Part shown: piece by piece, positions 1 to 9,204 of the stretch
Numbering within the stretch: the stretch's first letter is position 1
How the letters are laid out: every line of letters starts with the position of its first letter
Assembly: GCA_964607145.1 (NCBI GenBank)
Contig: CAZSIX010000002.1
Span: 139,989-203,988 of the forward strand
Length of the DNA: 64,000 nt
Source of the DNA: an uncultured Planctomycetota bacterium
GTDB lineage: Bacteria > Planctomycetota > JAJSAM01 > JAKLKS01
Reading direction: 5' to 3'
Made by a program: the position numbers and the translations under genes
The notes under the pieces: generated by a model
Database searches by the model: none
Told to the model about the DNA's origin: nothing
The model's input: the letters and a program-made list of their open reading frames with translations, nothing else

Positions 1-830
1 AAGGTCCCGCCGCGGAAGCCCTCGACGAGGCCCGGTTCGTAGGGCCACGAGCCCTGCGGGGTCTGTCGCGAGACGAGCGTCTCCAGGTGGCGCCTCCACG
101 GGGTGGAGGGCGCCTTCGTCCCGACCATCTCCGCCGCCCGCAGGCCGAGCACGGCGAACTGGGAGGTCGAAAGGTTCGGAGCCCGGCCGGGCTTCAGTTT
201 CGTCGTGGCGCCGGGCACGGGAGCGGCGGCGGCGGCGAGGGTGTGGTAGCCCCAGTAGCCGGACTGCGCGTCGAGGGCCTGTGCGAGGTCCGACGCGAGC
301 CGGTCGGTCGCGCGCGGCCAGCCGCGGACCCCGAGGAAGAGGTTGATCGCCGCCCCGGCCGTGTAGACCTGCGTGTGCGGCTCCCGGCGGAGGACCGAGT
401 CCCCGGTGGCCAGCCAATCGGCGGTGCGGCGCGCCGCGGCGAAGGACTCCTCCGACTCCAGGGCGGCCAGCGCCCAGCCCGCCAGCGCGTTGATGCCCGC
501 ACCCCACGTGTCCTCCCGGTGGGGGAACGCGCCGGCGTCCACGAAGGTCCCGTCCTCCCGCTGCAGCGCGAGGAGCCGCGCGGCGGCGGCGTGCGCCGCC
601 TCCATGACGCGCGGGCGGAGTCCCGGGGACACGCCGATGCGCTCGAGCCTCCGCCAGGGGGCCGACGGGTCGGCGGGGGGCGCGGGCGGGTTCGTGGCCG
701 CGGGAGCGGCGCGGACCGCGTGGACGCCGGACGGGGCCGGTCCCGCCGCCAGGAGCGCCGCGGCGACGAGGATCGCGCCCGCCCGCACCCGAGGCCGGGC
801 GCGCGCGAGGGAAATGGCCGGGAGCCGCAT
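1..830 (-). CDS. Prenyltransferase/squalene-oxidase (terpene-cyclase-like alpha-alpha toroid) repeat protein, N-terminal part; signal peptide MRLPAISLARARPRVRAGAILVAAALLAAG; C-terminus beyond window edge
   Basis: Manual minus-strand translation from ATG (rc at 828-830): ...LQREDGTFVDAGAFPHREDTWGAGINALAGWALAALE...QSGYWGY... resembles prenyltransferase/SQHop-cyclase repeats; same family as the partial gene at 62535..64000. Not in ORF track because it runs off the window. Confidence 0.55.
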   Translation of the reverse strand, partial: MRLPAISLARARPRVRAGAILVAAALLAAGPAPSGVHAVRAAPAATNPPAPPADPSAPWRRLERIGVSPGLRPRVMEAAHAAAARLLALQREDGTFVDAGAFPHREDTWGAGINALAGWALAALESEESFAAARRTADWLATGDSVLRREPHTQVYTAGAAINLFLGVRGWPRATDRLASDLAQALDAQSGYWGYHTLAAAAAPVPGATTKLKPGRAPNLSTSQFAVLGLRAAEMVGTKAPSTPWRRHLETLVSRQTPQGSWPYEPGLVEGFRGGT

Positions 831-919
831 CCCCCGATCGTGACGGCGGGCACGCCCGTGTCAAGGCGCGAGGACCGCAATCCTCGCGCGGGGGGAGGGG
901 CGCACTACGATCGCCCGCC

Positions 920-3121
920 ATGAGCGAAGCGCGCACGCGCCTGGACGGGCTGTTCCGGCCGCGGTCGGTGGCGGTCATCGGCGCGTCCCGCCGGGCCGGG
1001 ACCATCGGGCGGGACCTGCTGCACAACCTCCTCCTGGGGGAGTTCGAGGGGAAGGTCTTCCCCGTCAATCCCCGCGCCGAGGTGGTGCACTCGCTGAAGT
1101 GCTACCCGTCCGTGCTGAGCATCCCCGACCCCATCGACCTCGCCGTCGTCGTCGTCCCCCGCGAGGAGGTGCTCCGCGTCGTGGACGACTGCGGCCGCAA
1201 GGGCGTCCGCGGGGTCGTGGTCATCAGCAGCGGGTTCCGGGAGGTGGGCGAGGAGGGAGTCCGCCGGGAGCGGGCGCTCCTCGACGTGGTGCGCGGGTAC
1301 GGGATGCGGATGGTGGGCCCCAACTGCATGGGGATCCTCAACACCGACCCGGCGGTGCGCCTCGACGCGACCTTCTCGCCCACGGCGGCGCTGCGCGGCA
1401 GCATCGGGTTCCTCTCCCAGTCCGGCGCCATGGGCGTCGCCATCCTCAACCACGCGCGCTCGCTGGGACTGGGGTTCTCCATGTTCGCGTCCATGGGGAA
1501 CAAGGCGGACGTCTCCGGCAACGATCTGCTGCTCTACTGGGAGGACGACCCGGACACCCGGCTCATCCTCATGTACCTGGAGTCCTTCGGCAACCCCCGC
1601 AACTTCATCCCCATCGCGCGCCGCATCACGCGGAAGAAGCCGATCATCGCGGTGAAGTCGGGCCGCACCGTCGAGGGCGCCGCGGCGGCCGCCTCCCACA
1701 CGGGCGCGCTGGCCGGGCCCGACGCGGCGGTGGACGCGCTGCTCTCCCAGTGCGGGATCCTCCGGGCCTCCAGCGTCGAGGACCTGTTCGACATGGCCCT
1801 CGCCTTCGACGGACGGCCGCTGCCCCGGGGCGACCGGGTGGCGCTCCTCACCGACGCCGGCGGTCCCGCCATCATGGCGGTGGATGCGCTCGCCGCCGCC
1901 GGCCTCCGCCCGGCGGCGCTCTCCGCGGAGACGCGCCGCGATCTCGCCCGCGGGCTCAGCCCCGACGCGTCCGTGGCGAACCCCGTGGACATGCTGGGCC
2001 ACGCCACCGGCGACGACTACGCCCGCTGCCTCCGCCGCCTCCTCGCGGACGACGCCGTGGACGCGGTCATCGCGCTCTACGTGCCTCCCGTCATGCACCG
2101 CCCCGTGGAGGTCATCGCCGCCATCTTCGATGCGGCACGGGACCAGCCCGCGGGCGCGGAGAAGCCGGTCCTCTGCGTGTTCATGGCGCGGGAGGAGATC
2201 CTCGACGCGGTGCAGCGGTTCCCCGAGCGGGGGCCGCCGGTCTACCGCTTCCCCGAGTCCGCGGTGCGCGCGCTGGGCGCCCTCGTGCGGTACGCCCGCC
2301 TGCGGGATCGGCCCGAGGGCACGGTGCCCGACCTCGCCGTGGACCGGCCCGCCGCGGCGCGCGTGCTCGACGCCGCCGCGGCGGCGGGCCGGGAGCACCT
2401 GACCGTGGACGAGGCGCGGGAGGTGTTCGAGGCCTACGGCATCCCCTTCGCGCGGTCCGCGACGGTGGCGACGCGGGCCGGCCTGCGGGCCGCCGTGGAG
2501 CGCCTCGGCCTCCCGCTGGTGATGAAGGTGCTCTCCCCGGACGTCGTCCACAAGACCGAGGTCGGCGGCGTCGCCGCGGACCTGCGGACCGCCGCCGAGG
2601 TCGAGGCGGCGTGGGACACCATGACCGAACGCCTCGCCTCCCTCGACCCGCCTCCGCGCGTGGAGGGGGTCCTCCTCCAGGAGATGCGCCGCGGCGCGCA
2701 GGAGATGATCCTCGGCCTCGCCACGGACGCCGTGTTCGGTCCCGTGCTCATGGTGGGCATGGGGGGAGTCACCGTGGAGGTGGCGGGGGACGTCGCCTTC
2801 CGCGTCACGCCGGTGACCGTGGAGGACGTGGACGAGATGATCGCGTCGCTGCGCGGGGCGCGTCTCCTCGGGGCGTTCCGGGGGAGGGAACCGCTCGCCA
2901 CGGGCGCGCTCCGGGACGCGGTGCTCCGGCTGGGTCGGCTGTCCGCCGACTTCCACGGGATCCTCGAGGCGGAGGTGAATCCCTTCATGGTCGCGCCCGG
3001 GGCCGCGGAGACGGTGGCCGTGGACGGGCGCATCCGGATCGCGCCGGACCGGTTCCCCGCCGGGGCCCCCTCCCCGGCGCGCCCCGGAACTCCCGGAATC
3101 TCGTCGGAGGTTCCCCCTTGA
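920..3121 (+). CDS. Acetate--CoA ligase (ADP-forming) family protein: CoA-binding, succinyl-CoA-synthetase-like and ATP-grasp domains
   Basis: 733-aa ORF; N-terminus RSVAVIGASRRAGTIGRDLLHNL (CoA-binding), SQSGAMGVAILNHARSLGLGFS, C-terminal ATP-grasp region PLVMKVLSPDVVHKTEVGGV. Confidence 0.9.
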   Translation: MSEARTRLDGLFRPRSVAVIGASRRAGTIGRDLLHNLLLGEFEGKVFPVNPRAEVVHSLKCYPSVLSIPDPIDLAVVVVPREEVLRVVDDCGRKGVRGVVVISSGFREVGEEGVRRERALLDVVRGYGMRMVGPNCMGILNTDPAVRLDATFSPTAALRGSIGFLSQSGAMGVAILNHARSLGLGFSMFASMGNKADVSGNDLLLYWEDDPDTRLILMYLESFGNPRNFIPIARRITRKKPIIAVKSGRTVEGAAAAASHTGALAGPDAAVDALLSQCGILRASSVEDLFDMALAFDGRPLPRGDRVALLTDAGGPAIMAVDALAAAGLRPAALSAETRRDLARGLSPDASVANPVDMLGHATGDDYARCLRRLLADDAVDAVIALYVPPVMHRPVEVIAAIFDAARDQPAGAEKPVLCVFMAREEILDAVQRFPERGPPVYRFPESAVRALGALVRYARLRDRPEGTVPDLAVDRPAAARVLDAAAAAGREHLTVDEAREVFEAYGIPFARSATVATRAGLRAAVERLGLPLVMKVLSPDVVHKTEVGGVAADLRTAAEVEAAWDTMTERLASLDPPPRVEGVLLQEMRRGAQEMILGLATDAVFGPVLMVGMGGVTVEVAGDVAFRVTPVTVEDVDEMIASLRGARLLGAFRGREPLATGALRDAVLRLGRLSADFHGILEAEVNPFMVAPGAAETVAVDGRIRIAPDRFPAGAPSPARPGTPGISSEVPP

Positions 3122-3171
3122 CGGCCGGGGTATGATCCGCCGGACGGTGGCACAAGGGAGGCCCTGGGGCC

Positions 3172-3993
3172 ATGGCCAAGGCGAAGAAGAAGGCCGCGAA
3201 GAAGAAGGCCGTGAAGAAGGCGGCGAAGAAGGCCGCCAAGAAGGTCGCCAAGAAGGTCGCGAAGAAGAAGGTCGCGCGCAAGGTCGCGAAGCCGGCGAAG
3301 AAGAAGGTCGCGAAGAAGGTCGCGAAGAAGAAGGTGGCGAAGAAGGTCGCCCGCAAGCCAGCGGCGAAGAAGCCCGCCGCGAAGAAGCCGGCGGCGAAGA
3401 AGCCGGCGGCGAGGAAGCCCGCCGCACCGCGGCCCGCGGCCGCTCCCGCTCACGCTCCCGCTCCCGCTCCCGCTCCCGCCCCGGCCCCCGTGGCCGCGGC
3501 CCCCGCTCCCGCACCGGCTCCCGCTGCGGAGGCCGCTCCCGCGTCCGACGCCGGCGGCGCCGCGCCCGCCGGGGGCGGATCGGAACCCGTCGCATTACGA
3601 GGACCGGGGGAAGGGGTGGCCGGTCTCGGCCACCTCTTCCTTCCGGTGCCGTCCTTCGACGAGGGCTGGCGCTTCTGGACGGAGGTCCTCGGCCTCCGCG
3701 CCCTGGACTCCTGGGGCGAGGGGGACTCCCGCGCCGGACTCGCCGCCCTCGGCGACGCCCACGTGGTCGTCTCCGCCGAGCCCCCCGCCTTCAGCGAGGA
3801 GACGGGGATGACGGGCCGCCTCGACGCGGCGCAGGTCTGGCTCCGCACCGGCGACGTGGACGCGCTGCACGCGCGGGTCGTCGCGCGCGCCGGCACCGTC
3901 GTCCGCGCCCCCTACCGCACCCACTGGGGCCCCCGCGCCTTCACCGTCGAGGCGCCCGGCGGGCTGCGCGTGGGGATCGCGGAGCAGGGGTAG
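3172..3993 (+). CDS. Lys/Ala-rich histone-H1-like N-terminal tail (KKAAKK repeats then AP repeats) fused to a C-terminal VOC (glyoxalase/bleomycin-resistance/dioxygenase) domain
   Basis: 273-aa ORF; first ~90 residues are AKKK/AAKK repeats, then APAPAPAP, then a VOC-like domain HLFLPVPSFDEGWRFWTEVLGLR...GGLRVGIAEQG. RBS-like GGGAGG upstream. Confidence 0.8.
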   Translation: MAKAKKKAAKKKAVKKAAKKAAKKVAKKVAKKKVARKVAKPAKKKVAKKVAKKKVAKKVARKPAAKKPAAKKPAAKKPAARKPAAPRPAAAPAHAPAPAPAPAPAPVAAAPAPAPAPAAEAAPASDAGGAAPAGGGSEPVALRGPGEGVAGLGHLFLPVPSFDEGWRFWTEVLGLRALDSWGEGDSRAGLAALGDAHVVVSAEPPAFSEETGMTGRLDAAQVWLRTGDVDALHARVVARAGTVVRAPYRTHWGPRAFTVEAPGGLRVGIAEQG

Positions 3994-3999
3994 TCCCCC

Positions 4000-5250
4000 T
4001 TACGCCACCACCCTCCCGTGGTGGACCACGATCTCCGCGTGGTTCACGCCGTGCTCGTAGGGGAGCAACCGGTGGTCGGGGACGTCGAGGATCACCAGGT
4101 CCGCCCGCATGCCGGGCACCAGGGCGCCGACCTCGTCGCCGAGGCCGAGGGAGCAGGCGGCGTTGCGCGTGGCCGCCACCAGCGCCTCCGCCGCGGAGAG
4201 GTGCAGCCCCACGCAGCCGATGGCGATGGCCTGCTGGAGGCTGGGCAGCATGGAGGAGCCGGGGTTGCAGTCCGTGGCCAGGGCCACGGGCACGCCGGCC
4301 TCGATGAGGCGGCGCGCGGGCGCGAACCGGCGCATGCCGAGGAAGAAGGACGTCCCCGGGAGCAGCACCGCCACCGTGTCCGACCGGGCCAGGGCGGCGA
4401 TGCCCGCGTCGCCCACCTCGAGGAGGTGATCCGCCGACGCGCAGCCGAGTTCCGCCGCCAGCGCCGCCCCGCCGCCGTCGGAGAGTTCGTCGGCGTGGAT
4501 GCGCAGCCCGAGGCCGTGGGCCCGCGCCGCGGAGAGGATCCGGCGGGACTGGTCCACGGTGAAGTAGCCGGCCTCGCAGAACACGTCGCAGTACTGCGCC
4601 AGGCCCCGGGCGGCGACGACGGGGATCATCTCCTCCGCCACCAGGCGCGTGTAGTCGTCGGCGCGGCCCCGGTACTCCTCAGGCACCGCGTGGGCGCCGA
4701 GGAACGTCGGCACGAGGTCGCCCCCGTCGTCCAGCGCGATCACCACCGCCAGCGCGCGGACCTCCTCGTCGAGCGTCAGCCCGTAGCCGGACTTCACCTC
4801 CATGGTGGTCGTCCCGTGGAGGAGCGCGCGCCGCCGGAGCCCGCGCGCGCGATCCAGCAGCGCGTCGTCGGAGGCGGCCCGGTGGGAGCGCACGGAGGAG
4901 AGGATCCCCCCGCCCGCGGCGGCGATCTCCTGGTAGGTCGCTCCCAGGCAGCGCCGCTCGAACTCCCCCTCGCGCGTGGCGGCGAACACGAGGTGCGTGT
5001 GGGCGTCCACGAGCCCCGGGATCACCGCCCGCCCGGCGGCGGAGATCTCGTGGGCCGGCTGGAAGACGCGGCGCAGTTCGTCGCTGGGACCCACCGCGAG
5101 GACCCGTCCCCGCCCGCACGCGACGGCGGCGTCGCGGACGGTGCCGGTCTCCCCCTGCTCCCGGCCGCGGCGGGGGCCGGGTACGCCGCCCGCCATGGTG
5201 AGGACCTCCGTCGCCGAGTGGACGAGGAGGTCGCAGGGGACGCGGTTCAT
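4000..5250 (-). CDS. hutI: Imidazolonepropionase
   Basis: Start taken at MNRVPCDLLVHSATEVLTMAG (ATG rc 5248-5250). PGLVDAHTHLVF, metal-binding HxH and DCNPGSS motifs typical of HutI. Start overlaps upstream ORF stop by ATGA. Confidence 0.9.
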   Translation of the reverse strand: MNRVPCDLLVHSATEVLTMAGGVPGPRRGREQGETGTVRDAAVACGRGRVLAVGPSDELRRVFQPAHEISAAGRAVIPGLVDAHTHLVFAATREGEFERRCLGATYQEIAAAGGGILSSVRSHRAASDDALLDRARGLRRRALLHGTTTMEVKSGYGLTLDEEVRALAVVIALDDGGDLVPTFLGAHAVPEEYRGRADDYTRLVAEEMIPVVAARGLAQYCDVFCEAGYFTVDQSRRILSAARAHGLGLRIHADELSDGGGAALAAELGCASADHLLEVGDAGIAALARSDTVAVLLPGTSFFLGMRRFAPARRLIEAGVPVALATDCNPGSSMLPSLQQAIAIGCVGLHLSAAEALVAATRNAACSLGLGDEVGALVPGMRADLVILDVPDHRLLPYEHGVNHAEIVVHHGRVVA

Positions 5251-5540
5251 GGCTGCGGCGGACGGCGGCGCGGCTTGCGGGCGGGGGGGTCCTTCGCCGG
5301 GAGTTCGTCGACCACCTCGCGCAGCCCCGCCAGCGTGGTGGGGGAGAGCGTGAGGCCGACGTGTCCGCAGCCGAGGCACACCATGCCCTGCACGGCGAAG
5401 TCGTGGAAGCGCGAGCCGGGGGCCTCCACGAGGAGCACCGACGAGTTCGGGTGGGCGCTGGTGCGCATGGGGGCCGGCCCGAAGAGCCGGGAACTCCTGC
5501 AGAACGGGCAGCGCGGGCCCGGGGTGCGGCTGGTGCTCAT
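5247..5540 (-). CDS. Small zinc-ribbon protein (CxxC...CxxC), paralog of the adjacent ORF, embedded in the hut operon
   Basis: [17 protein letters not shown]...VCLGCGHVGLTLSP; ATG at 5538-5540 overlaps upstream stop (ATGA); its stop overlaps the hutI start (ATGA). Confidence 0.6.
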   Translation of the reverse strand: MSTSRTPGPRCPFCRSSRLFGPAPMRTSAHPNSSVLLVEAPGSRFHDFAVQGMVCLGCGHVGLTLSPTTLAGLREVVDELPAKDPPARKPRRRPPQP

Positions 5541-5803
5541 GGCGATTCCTCTCCCGCCGGGTCGTCCCCGCCGTCGTCCTCCGCTCCGTCCTCCGCCGCC
5601 GGGCGCCTCCCCGGCATCCGGTCGCTCACCTTGCGCCGCGGCTTCCGGTAGAGGTGCACGAAACCGCAGACGGCGCACGCGAACCCGACCAGCGGGTCCC
5701 CGAACCAACCGAAGGTGGCGGGCACGTAGCCGTGGATGTCCTTCGGGGCGGTGAACTCCGTGGCCCCGCAGGAGAGGCACTTCGGCGGGCGCTGCGCGCT
5801 CAC
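5537..5803 (-). CDS. Small zinc-ribbon protein (CxxC...CxxC), embedded in the hut operon
   Basis: GTG at 5801-5803 overlaps the hutU TGA (GTGA); [17 protein letters not shown]...[15 protein letters not shown] then acidic tail. Same frame as junk ORF 5537..7528 but only this segment looks protein-like. Confidence 0.55.
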   Translation of the reverse strand: MSAQRPPKCLSCGATEFTAPKDIHGYVPATFGWFGDPLVGFACAVCGFVHLYRKPRRKVSDRMPGRRPAAEDGAEDDGGDDPAGEESP

Positions 5804-7491
5804 GGCGCGCCCCCCGCGGAGGCCGCCGGCAGCATGGGGATGCGGACCCCCCGCTCCCGCGCCGTCCGCACCGCCTCCGGGTAGCCGGCGTCGGCGTGGC
5901 GCGCGACGCCCGTGCCCGGATCGGCCGTGAGCACGCGCTGGAGGCGCGAGTCCATCTCCGGCGTCCCGTCGGCGCAGACGACCATGCCCGCGTGCTGCGC
6001 GTAGCCGATGCCCACGCCGCCGCCGTGGTGGATGGAGACCCAGGTGGCGCCGGCGGCGGTGTTCACCAGCGCGTTCAGGAGGGGCCAGTCGGCCACCGCG
6101 TCGGTGCCGTCGCGCATGGACTCCGTCTCCCGGTTGGGGGACGCGACGGAGCCGGAGTCGAGGTGGTCGCGGCCGATGACCACGGGCGCCGAGAGTTCCC
6201 CGTCGCGGACCATGCGGTTGAACTCCAGCCCGGCGCGTGCGCGCTCGCCGTACCCGAGCCAGCAGATGCGCGCGGGGAGGCCCTGGAACGCGACCCGCTC
6301 GCCGGCGAGCCGGATCCAGCGGGCCAGCGGGCGGTCCTCCGGGAACAGCCGCAGGATGGCCTCGTCGGTGCGGCGGAGATCCGCGGGGTCGCCGGAGAGC
6401 ACCGCCCACCGGAAGGGACCCTTCCCCTCGCAGAAGAGCGGCCGGATGTAGGCGGGCACGAACCCGGGATACGCGAAGGCGTCGGCGAAGCCCTCCTCCT
6501 TCGCGAAGCCGCGGAGGTTGTTCCCGTAGTCGAAGGTCGCCGCGCCGCGCCGCTGGAGTTCCACCATGGCGCGGCAGTGGTCGACGATGGTCCGCCGGGA
6601 CTCCCGCTCGCAGCGGGCCGGGTCGGATCGCCGCAGCGCCAGCGCGTCCGCCAGCGGCAGGCCGTCGGGGACGTACCCGTTCAGGGGATCGTGCGCGCTG
6701 GTCTGGTCCGTGAGGAGATCCGGGACGACGCCGCGGTCCAGCAGCCGCCGGAGGAGCGTCGTGGCGTGCGCCTCCACCGCCACGGAGAGCGGCTCGCCCC
6801 GCTCGCGCGCCGCCAGCGCGCGGTCGATGCCCTCGTCCAGCGAGGGCGCCCGCTCGTCGAGGTAGCGCGTGTGGAGGCGCTTCGCGATGCGCGCGGGATC
6901 CACCTCCGCGGCGAGGCAGGCGGCGCCGTTCATGGTGGCCGCCAGCGGCTGCGCGCCGCCCATGCCGCCCAGCCCCGCGGTCACGACGAGCCGCCCCTCC
7001 AGCGAGTCGGCGCCGAAGTGCTTCCGGCCCGCCGCCGCGAACGTCTCGTAGGTGCCCTGGAGGATCCCCTGCGTGCCGATGTAGATCCACGACCCCGCGG
7101 TCATCTGGCCGAACATCATCAGCCCGCGGGACTCCAGTTCCCGGAAGTGCTCCCACGTGGCCCAGCGTCCCACGAGATTGCTGTTGGCGATGAGGACGCG
7201 GGGCGCGTGCGCGTGGGTGCGGAACACCGCCACGGGCTTGCCGGACTGCACCAGCAGCGTCTCGTCGTCGCGGAGATCGCGGAGCGTCGCCAGGATGGAC
7301 TCCAGGCACGCGCGGTCGCGCGCGGCGCGGCCGGATCCGCCGTAGACCACCAGCCGCTCCGCGTCCTCCGCCACCTCCGGGTCGAGGTTGTTGAGGAGCA
7401 TGCGGTAGGGCGCCTCCGTCTGCCAGGAGCGGCAGTGGAGGGTGGTCCCGCGGGGAGCGGGACCCGGCGTCCACGGGGGGGCCGCGGTCAT
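5800..7491 (-). CDS. hutU: Urocanate hydratase
   Basis: 563 aa from MTAAPPWT; [13 protein letters not shown] and [12 protein letters not shown] motifs; ATG overlaps the hutH stop (ATGA at 7488-7491). Confidence 0.95.
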   Translation of the reverse strand: MTAAPPWTPGPAPRGTTLHCRSWQTEAPYRMLLNNLDPEVAEDAERLVVYGGSGRAARDRACLESILATLRDLRDDETLLVQSGKPVAVFRTHAHAPRVLIANSNLVGRWATWEHFRELESRGLMMFGQMTAGSWIYIGTQGILQGTYETFAAAGRKHFGADSLEGRLVVTAGLGGMGGAQPLAATMNGAACLAAEVDPARIAKRLHTRYLDERAPSLDEGIDRALAARERGEPLSVAVEAHATTLLRRLLDRGVVPDLLTDQTSAHDPLNGYVPDGLPLADALALRRSDPARCERESRRTIVDHCRAMVELQRRGAATFDYGNNLRGFAKEEGFADAFAYPGFVPAYIRPLFCEGKGPFRWAVLSGDPADLRRTDEAILRLFPEDRPLARWIRLAGERVAFQGLPARICWLGYGERARAGLEFNRMVRDGELSAPVVIGRDHLDSGSVASPNRETESMRDGTDAVADWPLLNALVNTAAGATWVSIHHGGGVGIGYAQHAGMVVCADGTPEMDSRLQRVLTADPGTGVARHADAGYPEAVRTARERGVRIPMLPAASAGGAP

Positions 7492-9092
7492 CGCGCCCCC
7501 TTCGCCGCGGCGCGCCGGCGCCGCGCACGGGCCGGCCCCCCGTCGCCGAGCCCCGCCAGCGGGCCCGCGGCCCGCTCCGCCGCCGCCACGAGGCTCCCGT
7601 CCCGCACCATGCCCGCGAGCGTCTCCAGGTCCCCCGCGGGGGACGCGTCCCCGGTGCGCCGGGGCACGTCGCGACGGAGGCGGGCCAGCGCGGCGCCGGT
7701 CCCGCGGCCCGGGGCGAGGCCGTCCAGGTGGGCCATCCCCTCGGCGGCGCAGAGCAGTTCGCAGGCGAGCACGCGCTCCGCGTTGGCGACCACGTCGAGC
7801 AGTTTCCGCGCCGCGTGAGTCCCCATGGACACGTGGTCCTCCTGGCCGGCGCTCGTCGGGAGGGAGTCCACGGAGGCGGGATGGGACAGAACCCGGTTCT
7901 CCGCCACCAGCGCGGCGGCGGTCACCTGGACGATCATGTACCCGGAGTGCAACCCCCCCTCGGCGGCGAGGAAGGGCGGCAGCCCCCCGTTCAGGTCGGG
8001 GTTCACGAGCGACTCCGTGCGCCGCTCGCTGATGGAGGCGATCTCCGCGGTGGCCATGGTGGCGTAGTCGAACGCCAGGGCCAGCGGCTCGGCGTGGAAG
8101 TTCCCGGCGGAGACGACCTCCACCGCGCCGCCGGGGAACAGCAGCGGGTTGTCGGTCACGCTGTTGGCCTCCCGGAGCGCCACGGCGAGGGCGTGGGAGA
8201 GGGCGTCCCGGGCGGCGCCGTGGACGACGGGCGCGCAGCGCAGCGAGTAGGCGTCCTGGAGGCGGCCGTGGGGGCGGCGGTGGGAGGGGGGCACGGCGGA
8301 GCCCCGCAGCAGCCGGCGCATGTTGGAGGCGACGACGGCCTGGCCCGGGTGGGGGCGGAGCGCGTGGACCTCCGGCCGGAGGGGACGGAGGGATCCGCGC
8401 AGCGCCTCGTGGGTGAGCGCGCAGGCGACGTCGGCGGCGCGGACGAGGCCGTCGGCGCGGGCCAGCGCCGCCAGCCCGATGGCGTTCGTCACCTGCGTCC
8501 CGTTGACGAGACAGAGGGCGTCCTTGGGACCGGGGCGGGCGGGGCGGATCCGCGCCGCGCGGAGCGCCGCCGCGCCGGGGAGGCGGACGCCCCGGTGCTC
8601 CGCGGTCCCCTCCCCGATGAGCACCAGCGCCATGTGGGCCAGGGGCGCGAGGTCCCCGGACGCGCCCACGGACCCCTGCGACGGGACCACCGGCGTCACC
8701 CCGCGGTCGTAGAGCCGGAGCAGCAGGTCCAGCAGCGAGGGCGTGATGCCGCTGTGCCCGCTGGCCAGGGTGTTGGCGCGCAGCGCCATGGCGAGGCGCA
8801 CCACCTCCCGCGGGAGCGGCGCGCCGACGCCGGCCGCGTGGGAGCGGAGCAGGTTCACCTGGAGTTCGCCCAGGCGCTCCCTCGGCACCGCCACGTGCTG
8901 GAGGCGGCCGAAGCCCGTGGACACGCCGTACACCGACCGCCCCTCGTCCACGATGCGATCCACCAGCCGCGCCGCCCTCTCCACCGCGCGGCGCGCGCCG
9001 GACGACAGGCCGATACGCGTGACGGAACCGTCGAGCACGCCCCGCACGGCGGCCAGGTCGATGCTCCGCCCGTCCAGGACCAGCGTTCCCAT
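7488..9092 (-). CDS. hutH: Histidine ammonia-lyase
   Basis: 534-aa ORF; [16 protein letters not shown] (MIO-forming ASG motif) and overall HAL architecture. Confidence 0.95.
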   Translation of the reverse strand: MGTLVLDGRSIDLAAVRGVLDGSVTRIGLSSGARRAVERAARLVDRIVDEGRSVYGVSTGFGRLQHVAVPRERLGELQVNLLRSHAAGVGAPLPREVVRLAMALRANTLASGHSGITPSLLDLLLRLYDRGVTPVVPSQGSVGASGDLAPLAHMALVLIGEGTAEHRGVRLPGAAALRAARIRPARPGPKDALCLVNGTQVTNAIGLAALARADGLVRAADVACALTHEALRGSLRPLRPEVHALRPHPGQAVVASNMRRLLRGSAVPPSHRRPHGRLQDAYSLRCAPVVHGAARDALSHALAVALREANSVTDNPLLFPGGAVEVVSAGNFHAEPLALAFDYATMATAEIASISERRTESLVNPDLNGGLPPFLAAEGGLHSGYMIVQVTAAALVAENRVLSHPASVDSLPTSAGQEDHVSMGTHAARKLLDVVANAERVLACELLCAAEGMAHLDGLAPGRGTGAALARLRRDVPRRTGDASPAGDLETLAGMVRDGSLVAAAERAAGPLAGLGDGGPARARRRRAAAKGAR

Positions 9093-9204
9093 GCCTTCGC
9101 ATCCTACCCCGCGCTCCCCGGCGCCCTCCGCGGTCCCGCGGCGTCCCCGTCCGCGGACGGACTGCGCCCCCGCGCCCCCTTCCCGCTACGATGCCGCTCC
9201 CCCC

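Noticed and set aside
3180-3480. Tandem aagaag / gctccc repeats as possible non-coding satellite or CRISPR-like array
   Set aside because: They are in-frame codons for KK/AK and AP runs of the histone-like tail; no spacer-repeat architecture.
905-3595. 896-aa minus-strand ORF antisense to the acetyl-CoA synthetase gene, plus other long antisense/alternate-frame ORFs: 1099..3135 +, 2434..3453 -, 3132..4307 +, 4018..5754 +, 5896..7818 +, 17338..19494 +, 19224..21083 +, 21273..25982 +, 23248..26343 -, 26919..28649 -, 30054..31490 -, 30746..33205 -, 30793..34245 +, 33855..35471 -, 36353..39508 -, 47199..50015 -, 54091..55698 +, 56301..58388 + (5' part), 57494..59722 -, 61545..63341 -
   Set aside because: Translations are Arg/Pro/Gly-rich low-complexity strings typical of wrong-frame reading in 70% GC DNA, and each overlaps a convincing gene in another frame.
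5537-9102. Track ORFs 5800..9102 (1100 aa) and 5537..7528 (663 aa) as single giant genes
   Set aside because: 5800..9102 is two in-frame genes plus upstream junk: hutU proper starts at the internal ATG 7491; 5537..7528 is junk except for its last 88 codons (zinc-ribbon ORF).
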